Source: Armatimonadota bacterium (lineage in GTDB: Bacteria > Armatimonadota > SYMT01). Taken from it: a stretch of DNA of 64,000 nucleotides. The notes under the pieces were generated by a model that saw only the letters and a program-made list of their open reading frames with translations, was not told the origin of the DNA and did not search any database. The position numbers and the translations under genes were made by a program. Below are positions 58,715 to 64,000 of the stretch, one piece after another; positions within the stretch are counted from its first letter, which is position 1; each line of letters begins with the position of its first letter. The stretch covers positions 1-64,000 of the forward strand of contig JBKBRF010000020.1 of the NCBI GenBank assembly GCA_046292385.1, written 5' to 3'.

Positions 58715-59524
58715 ATGCTCCCGATCATCGAGCTCCCGCTCGTCAGCGAGGACTGGGTCTACCCCTGCTCCGCCGACGACCTCCGCGGGCGGCTGTCGAC
58801 CGTCCCGGAAGCGGACTTGAACGGCCTGCGCCGCATCCTTCTCGCGCCCTCCACGCGGAAGGACCACACTTCGAACGGGAGCTATCGCTACTCCCCAAAG
58901 CCGGAGATCCGGATCTACTCCCATCCACGGTCGCTCCGGCATAAGCTGCCCTCCTGGACCGGGACGCGGCACCTCCCGTTGTATGCGGTCGAGCGGCAGT
59001 ACGGGATGACGGTGGAGCAGGTGGGGAGCCGCTACTTCTGCTGCTGGGAGCCGGAGGCGCTGCGGCGCTTCATCGTGGAGCACGTGCTGCTGCACGAGAT
59101 CGGCCACCACGTCTACCACCAGCAGCGGCGGATCGCCGGCTGCGAACATCGGCCCAACACGCGAGAGTCGGAGCAGTTCGCCGAAGCCTACGCGCTTCGG
59201 CACTCACGCGAACTGGGTCCACGGTGGGGGAGCGGGAACGAAGTAGAGCCGCAGGTCTCGGAGGTGGCTCGACGCGGAGACCACGTTCGTCCACACCGCG
59301 GCAGTGAGGAGGAGCGACCACCAGCCACGCCGTCGCAGCGTGGACCAGCCCTCCCGCTTCGGGATCCCGAACCACGCGCGTGCCTGGAAGAAACTCACCG
59401 TCAACCAGAGAATGCTCCCGGTGGCGGCGGTCTGACTGACAAAACCCGGAGCGAGCAGCGGCAGTCCCGAGGTGACCACCGAAGTAGCCAGGCCGGCAGT
59501 GGTGACGGCACTCGTCACGAATAG
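58715..59524 (+). CDS. Putative zincin-like metalloprotease (HExxH); 3' extent doubtful
   Basis: VLLHEIGHH and E.FAEAYA; protein-like to about 59210, then runs antisense into the next gene. Confidence 0.65.
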   Translation: MLPIIELPLVSEDWVYPCSADDLRGRLSTVPEADLNGLRRILLAPSTRKDHTSNGSYRYSPKPEIRIYSHPRSLRHKLPSWTGTRHLPLYAVERQYGMTVEQVGSRYFCCWEPEALRRFIVEHVLLHEIGHHVYHQQRRIAGCEHRPNTRESEQFAEAYALRHSRELGPRWGSGNEVEPQVSEVARRGDHVRPHRGSEEERPPATPSQRGPALPLRDPEPRACLEETHRQPENAPGGGGLTDKTRSEQRQSRGDHRSSQAGSGDGTRHE

Positions 59525-59803
59525 GGCGGCCATCAGCGGAGCCCAGGCGCCGGCGTCTCCGGGGATGAGTCCCGGCAGGCAGACCCGCGCGAGGACGAGG
59601 ATCCACGTGATGATCACCGTGCCGGCAACTCCAAGCTGATAGTCCACGAGGAACAGCACCGGCAGTGCCGCGACGGCTACGAGCGCCATCATCCCCAGGA
59701 AGATGAGGCCCACCGCCAGAATCCGAACGCACGCCGGCGGGTCCGTGTGCGGCGAGGTGCTCTTGCTCGCCGGATCCCGATCAACTGGGCGCTCGGTGGA
59801 CAT
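59204..59803 (-). CDS. Hypothetical membrane protein
   Basis: Several hydrophobic segments; AAGGAG upstream of ATG 59803. Confidence 0.55.
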   Translation of the reverse strand: MSTERPVDRDPASKSTSPHTDPPACVRILAVGLIFLGMMALVAVAALPVLFLVDYQLGVAGTVIITWILVLARVCLPGLIPGDAGAWAPLMAALFVTSAVTTAGLATSVVTSGLPLLAPGFVSQTAATGSILWLTVSFFQARAWFGIPKREGWSTLRRRGWWSLLLTAAVWTNVVSASSHLRDLRLYFVPAPPPWTQFA

Positions 59804-59854
59804 TGACACTCCTTCGCCCGGTCTCTGTTGCTCCCGTGTCCGGGACCCACCCGA

Positions 59855-60736
59855 TCACCGCAGGAAGGCGAGGGTGGCGTCGGTGCCCCATTTGCCTTCG
59901 ACGAAGGCGGTCACAGAGTCGAGTTCCACGCCTTCTCCGCGGAGGTCCTGCAAGACCCCGAACATTCGCTGCAGCATCGCGTCGTTCTCGCGGTCCTCGC
60001 GGATGCCGCCGATCTCGTCGATGCCGAGCGCAAGGGCGGGCCGGCGGAACTCCCGAAAGTAGCGGCGGAGGGAGTCGACAGCGCCGTCGAAGTCCCGGTC
60101 GCGCCCGACGAACCAGGTGCAGGAGACGACGTCCACGTAGTGGTCTCCCGGCCAGTAGTCGCGGATCATCGCGTAGCGGTCGCCGCGGATGTCGGAGCGG
60201 ATGGCGGGGGAGAAGGCGAAGCGGACCTCCGGCGCCCGGAAGCGGAACACCTCGCGGACCATCGGGAAGGTGCGGCGGTAGTCGTCCGGGCGGCGGCCCC
60301 AGACCTGGGACGGGGTGGGAGAGTCGTTGAACTCCGAGGCGTAGCGGATTACGATCTCCAGCCGCTTCCCGGCGGCCCGGGCGAGCTGCTGATACGCCTC
60401 CAGCTCCGCCGCCAGGCCGTGAAGGAGGTCGAGATTCCGCTCCACCCGCCTATACGGATCGGGAAGCTGGTAGGGGAGCAGGGCCAGGTTGAGCGTCTTG
60501 CCGGGTTGCTCGCTCGCGCGGAGGGAGGCGAGGAGCGCGTCGAAGAAGCGCTGGTGGTGCGGCCGCAGCGCGCGGCCGTGCCGGGCGAAGTAGCCGGCGG
60601 CATCCTCGTTGACGCCGTAGTAGAAGTTCGTTCCCTCCGGCTCGAAGCCGTAGCGCGCCCGCGCCGCCTCCTGCGGGAGCACCTCCGCGCCGTCCTTTCG
60701 GAAGAGCAGCAGCCGGCGGATGTTCGTGGGGCGCAT
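59855..60736 (-). CDS. GH26-like glycoside hydrolase domain protein
   Basis: IRYASEFND, FAFSP, YWPGDHYVDVV, IDEIG. Confidence 0.7.
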   Translation of the reverse strand: MRPTNIRRLLLFRKDGAEVLPQEAARARYGFEPEGTNFYYGVNEDAAGYFARHGRALRPHHQRFFDALLASLRASEQPGKTLNLALLPYQLPDPYRRVERNLDLLHGLAAELEAYQQLARAAGKRLEIVIRYASEFNDSPTPSQVWGRRPDDYRRTFPMVREVFRFRAPEVRFAFSPAIRSDIRGDRYAMIRDYWPGDHYVDVVSCTWFVGRDRDFDGAVDSLRRYFREFRRPALALGIDEIGGIREDRENDAMLQRMFGVLQDLRGEGVELDSVTAFVEGKWGTDATLAFLR

Positions 60737-60751
60737 GGGTTTGCCAGGTGT

Positions 60752-61044
60752 CAGGGGCCAGGGGCCAGGGGCCAGGGGCCAGGGGCCAGCGACGCCTGCC
60801 GTGAGGGAGGCAATGATTTCGGCACCGCACGGCGGGCCGTGAACGACCCGCCTGTCTCTTCGGAAAGCACCCTGAAGGGCGCTACTTTCCCGAGAACCCT
60901 CAGTCACGCCGATGAGCCAGCCTGCTTCAGCAGGCTTACACAAACTCCAGCCGGCTCCTTCAGGGGCCGGCGCGGCGTTAGAGAAGGGACGCATCGCACG
61001 GGGGAGCCGCCCTGATCCCCGACCCCTGACCCCTGACCCCCGAC
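60752..61044. repeat. Composite element: (CAGGGGC)5...(GACCCCT)~5 enclosing REP/REPIN-like copy 2 (60831-60972)
   Basis: Five exact CAGGGGC at 60752-60786; near-complementary heptamers at 61010-61044; the internal element shares the 22-mer CAGCCTGCTTCAGCAGGCTTAC with 48966-48987. Confidence 0.85.
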
Positions 61045-61050
61045 CGAAAG

Positions 61051-62658
61051 CTACTTCCCGACCAGCACCCGCTCCGGCGGCTCGTTCAGGAACTGGACCT
61101 TCTGGTGCTGCTCGGCCATGTAGTTCAGGCTCCAGTCGCCGTCGAAGAGCCCGGCCGGCTGGCCCTCGACGTCCTCCACGCGGCGGGAGCCGTGGAACCA
61201 GCGCATCGCCTTCAGCTCCGCGGGGTCGGCGTCGAGCCAGCGGACGTGCGAGTAGGGGAGTGGCTCCAGGACGGTCTCCACGCCGTATTCGCTGCGGAGC
61301 CGGAACTGCACCACCTCGAACTGCAGGCGGCCGACCGCCCCCAGGATCGGCTCGCGGCGGGCGGCGTCGACGTCGTAGAAGACCTGCACCACGCCTTCTT
61401 CGCCGAGCTGGTCGATTCCCTTCTGGAACTGCTTGTACTTGTCGATCCGGGTGTTCCGCAGGATGGCGAAGTGCTCCGGCTGGAATCGCGGGATGCCGCG
61501 GAAGCGGACCGGGGTGCCGGTGTAGAGCGTGTCCCCGATGTTGAAGACGCCGGGATTGGTGAGCCCAATGATGTCTCCGGGATACGCCTCTTCCATGATC
61601 TCGCGGTCTTGCGCGAAAAGCTTCTGGGGCCGCGTCAGGCGGACGGAGCGGCCGAGACGGGCGTTCTGCACGCTCATGTCGCGCTCGAAGCGGCCGGAGA
61701 CGACGCGCATGAAGGCGATGCGGTCCCGGTGGTTCGGGTCCATGTTCGCCTGGATCTTGAAGACGAAGCCGCGGAAGTGCGGATCCTCCGGAGTGACTTC
61801 CGCGTCTTCCCCGGCCAGGTACGGGCGCGGCGCCGGGGCCATGCGCACGAACCAGTGCAGGAACGGCTCCACGCCGAAGTTGGTCACCGCGCTCCCGAAG
61901 AAAGCCGGGGTCACCTCGCCGGCGTCGACGCGCTCCTGGTCCAGCTCCTCGCCGGCCACGTCGAGCAGCTCGATCTCCTCGCGGAGCCGAGTATAGCGGA
62001 CGTCGCCGAGGTGCTTCGCCAGGACCGGATCGTCCAGGTCGGTCACCTTCAGCGGGGCGCGATAGGCGCCGCGGTCGGTGCGCTCGAAGAGGTGCACCTC
62101 CTTCGAGCGCCGGTCGTAGACGCCGCGGAAGTCGGAGCCGTCCCCGATCGGCCAGTTGATCGGCACGGAGGAGATGCCGAGCACCTCTTCGATCTCCGCC
62201 AGAAGCTCCAGCGGCTCCTGACCGGGCCGGTCCATCTTGTTGATGAAGGTGAAGATCGGGATGCCGCGCTGCCGGCAGACGTGGAAGAGCTTCCGGGTCT
62301 GCGGCTCGACCCCCTTGGCGTTGTCGATCAGCATCACCGCGCTGTCGGCCGCCATCAGGGTGCGGTAGGTGTCCTCGCTGAAGTCCTGGTGGCCCGGCGT
62401 GTCGAGGAGGTTGAGGACGTGCCCCTCGTACTCGAACTGCAGCACGGTGGAGGTGATGGAGATGCCGCGCTGCTGCTCCAGCGCCATCCAGTCCGAGGTC
62501 GCCTTGCGCTGGTTCTTGCGCGCGCTCACGGAGCCGGCCAGCTGAATGGCGCCGCCGTACAGCAGGAGCTTCTCCGTTAGCGTGGTCTTCCCCGCGTCCG
62601 GATGGGAGATGATGGCGAAGGTGCGTCGCCGCTGGATCTGCTCGCGGTGCTGGCTCAT
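61051..62658 (-). CDS. prfC: Peptide chain release factor 3
   Basis: [53 protein letters not shown]. Confidence 0.98.
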   Translation of the reverse strand: MSQHREQIQRRRTFAIISHPDAGKTTLTEKLLLYGGAIQLAGSVSARKNQRKATSDWMALEQQRGISITSTVLQFEYEGHVLNLLDTPGHQDFSEDTYRTLMAADSAVMLIDNAKGVEPQTRKLFHVCRQRGIPIFTFINKMDRPGQEPLELLAEIEEVLGISSVPINWPIGDGSDFRGVYDRRSKEVHLFERTDRGAYRAPLKVTDLDDPVLAKHLGDVRYTRLREEIELLDVAGEELDQERVDAGEVTPAFFGSAVTNFGVEPFLHWFVRMAPAPRPYLAGEDAEVTPEDPHFRGFVFKIQANMDPNHRDRIAFMRVVSGRFERDMSVQNARLGRSVRLTRPQKLFAQDREIMEEAYPGDIIGLTNPGVFNIGDTLYTGTPVRFRGIPRFQPEHFAILRNTRIDKYKQFQKGIDQLGEEGVVQVFYDVDAARREPILGAVGRLQFEVVQFRLRSEYGVETVLEPLPYSHVRWLDADPAELKAMRWFHGSRRVEDVEGQPAGLFDGDWSLNYMAEQHQKVQFLNEPPERVLVGK

Positions 62659-62799
62659 CGGGTCGCTTCAGGCACAAAAAGGGCCGGCGCACATCGCCGG
62701 ACAACGCCGCATCATAACACTGCAGGGCAACCCGGCACAACGAGCGCCCGCGTCTCGCCCCGAGCGGCGACCGCCGGGCCGTAAGCCGCCGCGAGGCTA

Positions 62800-62829
62800 T
62801 TGACGCGCGCGCCGGGCACCTGCTACGAT
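62800..62829 (+). promoter_or_regulatory. Sigma70 promoter for tRNA-Cys
   Basis: TTGACG (62800-62805), 18 nt, TACGAT (62824-62829) with an extended TG. Confidence 0.7.
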
Positions 62830-62865
62830 AAGCCACCCCGGTATGCGGCTCCGTCCGCGCCGTGC

Positions 62866-62937
62866 GGCGGCGTAGCCAAGTGGCTAAGGCAGGAGTCTGC
62901 AAAACTCCCATCAGCGGTTCGATTCCGCTCGCCGCCT
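62866..62937 (+). tRNA. tRNA-Cys(GCA)
   Basis: Acceptor GGCGGCG/CGCCGCC, anticodon arm GGAGT-CTGCAAA-ACTCC, T arm GGTTCGATTCC, U73 discriminator; CCA not encoded in register. Confidence 0.96.
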
Positions 62938-62954
62938 TCCCAGCTCTGGAACCG

Positions 62955-62988
62955 CGAAGCCCCAGCCGTCAGGCCGGGGCTTCTTTCG
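62955..62988. terminator. Hairpin downstream of tRNA-Cys
   Basis: GAAGCCCC...GGGGCTTC followed by TTT. Confidence 0.7.
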
Positions 62989-63008
62989 TAATGGATGTTC
63001 ACGGCCGG

Positions 63009-63794
63009 TTAGCGGTTCTGGTTTCCGGCGCTGCGGCTCCGGCTGCTGGAGCCGGATTTACTGGGCGTGACCGACGCCGGGACCGGAATCGGCCCGCGCG
63101 CTTCCGGGTCCAGCGCCGCCAGGATCGCCCCGCTCTCCGCCGGTCGGAAGCCGGCCGGCCATTTCGTGCTCGCGTTGTAGAGCGCGCTCTCCAGGATCGC
63201 GCCGGAAAGGATCGCCTCGGAGAGGTTGGCGCCGCGGAGGTCGGCGCCGGTCAGGTCTGCCTCGCTCAGGTCCGCCCGGGTCAGGGTGGCGCGCTCCAGG
63301 TTCGCGCCCTGCAGCTTCGCGCCGGTCAGGCGGGCGCGGTGCAGGCTCGCGCCGGTCAGCACCGCGTCCTTCAAGTCCGCGTCGGTCAGGATCGCCTCGC
63401 CCAGGATCGCCTGGTAGAGCTTCGCGTCGGTGAGATTGGCGCGGGCGAAGCGGGAGCGGGAGAGATTGGTGCGCTCCAGCACCGCCCGGGTCAGGTCCGC
63501 CTCCGAAAAGTCGGCGTCGGTTGCCAGCGATCCGGTCAGCACCGCCTCGGTCAGGATCGCGCGCGAGAGGTCGACCCGGGGCATCCGGACGCTGATCAGA
63601 ATCGCGCGGGTCAGGTCGGCGCCGGCGAGATTGCGGCCGCGCAGGTCGTCGAACGAGCGGTTCTGCTCCACAAAGCTCGGCAGCGCCGGCGGCGCCTGCT
63701 CCGGGAGCATGCGCTCTCCGGCGGCGGCAGACACCGCCGCTCCGGCGATCAGCAGTCCGCCGGCGAGCGCCGGCAGGGTCCGTCTCCAGGTCAT
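63009..63794 (-). CDS. Exported pentapeptide-repeat protein
   Basis: Long A(D/N)LxX repeat run; signal peptide; YN..TKWP.GF C-cap. Confidence 0.92.
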   Translation of the reverse strand: MTWRRTLPALAGGLLIAGAAVSAAAGERMLPEQAPPALPSFVEQNRSFDDLRGRNLAGADLTRAILISVRMPRVDLSRAILTEAVLTGSLATDADFSEADLTRAVLERTNLSRSRFARANLTDAKLYQAILGEAILTDADLKDAVLTGASLHRARLTGAKLQGANLERATLTRADLSEADLTGADLRGANLSEAILSGAILESALYNASTKWPAGFRPAESGAILAALDPEARGPIPVPASVTPSKSGSSSRSRSAGNQNR

Positions 63795-63809
63795 CCTCGT
63801 CTCCCGCGG

Positions 63810-64000
63810 CTACTCGCTGCCGCTCTCCGCCTCTTCCACCGCGCGCATGGCGCCCTGGAAGCCGATCCGGCTGTGCGTGCCGTCGCAGAACGGCTTCTTG
63901 ACCGAGGCTCCGCAGCGGCAGAGCGCGATGACCGGCTTCTCCAGCCGAATCGTGTTCCCCTCGTGATCCACCAGCTCCACCGGTCCGCTCACGATGTAGG
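63810..64000 (-). CDS. CDGSH iron-sulfur domain protein (5' end outside the window)
   Basis: ALCRCGASVKKPFCDGTH. Confidence 0.9.
   Translation of the reverse strand, partial: YIVSGPVELVDHEGNTIRLEKPVIALCRCGASVKKPFCDGTHSRIGFQGAMRAVEEAESGSE

Noticed and set aside
59855..62911. 1018-aa ORF suggesting a giant fusion
   Set aside because: Only 59855-60736 is protein-like; the rest is an off-frame read through prfC and the repeats.
63180..63650. 15-bp periodic DNA repeats
   Set aside because: Explained by pentapeptide-repeat coding.
62866..64000. tRNA-Cys as an integration site
   Set aside because: No integrase or duplicated tRNA 3' end seen in the window.

Overview
High-GC bacterial chromosomal window with no phage, integrase, transposase or CRISPR array. 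Armatimonadota-like by inference only (SBP-permease fusion, short EF-Ts, fused SecDF). Housekeeping genes: rel, recJ, secDF, glf, tpiA, anmK, aroF, rpsB-tsf-pyrH-frr, prfC, tRNA-Cys. Four accessory or regulatory systems stand out. (1) 11.1-14.6 kb: a tightly coupled operon with a Tes/GDGT-MAS(MJ0619)-like radical SAM enzyme, an atypical Lgt-like diacylglyceryl transferase and four small Cys-containing membrane proteins; divergent from it are a duplicated Cys/His mini-protein and a DUF2156 (aminoacyl-PG synthase-like) gene. (2) 18.6-33.1 kb: a glycan-utilisation cluster containing a planctomycete-type DUF1592/DUF1552 pair. (3) 41.7-48.7 kb: a His/Met-rich outer-membrane barrel, YfiR, CHASE8 hybrid kinase, REC protein, DHp-DHp-REC adenylate cyclase and cytochrome c. 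(4) 50.2-50.45 kb: a complete unannotated attenuator upstream of aroF whose 36-aa leader carries tandem Trp-Tyr-Phe codons. Intergenic spaces also hold about six families of palindromic elements, some nested. All family calls come from motif recognition by eye; no searches were run.
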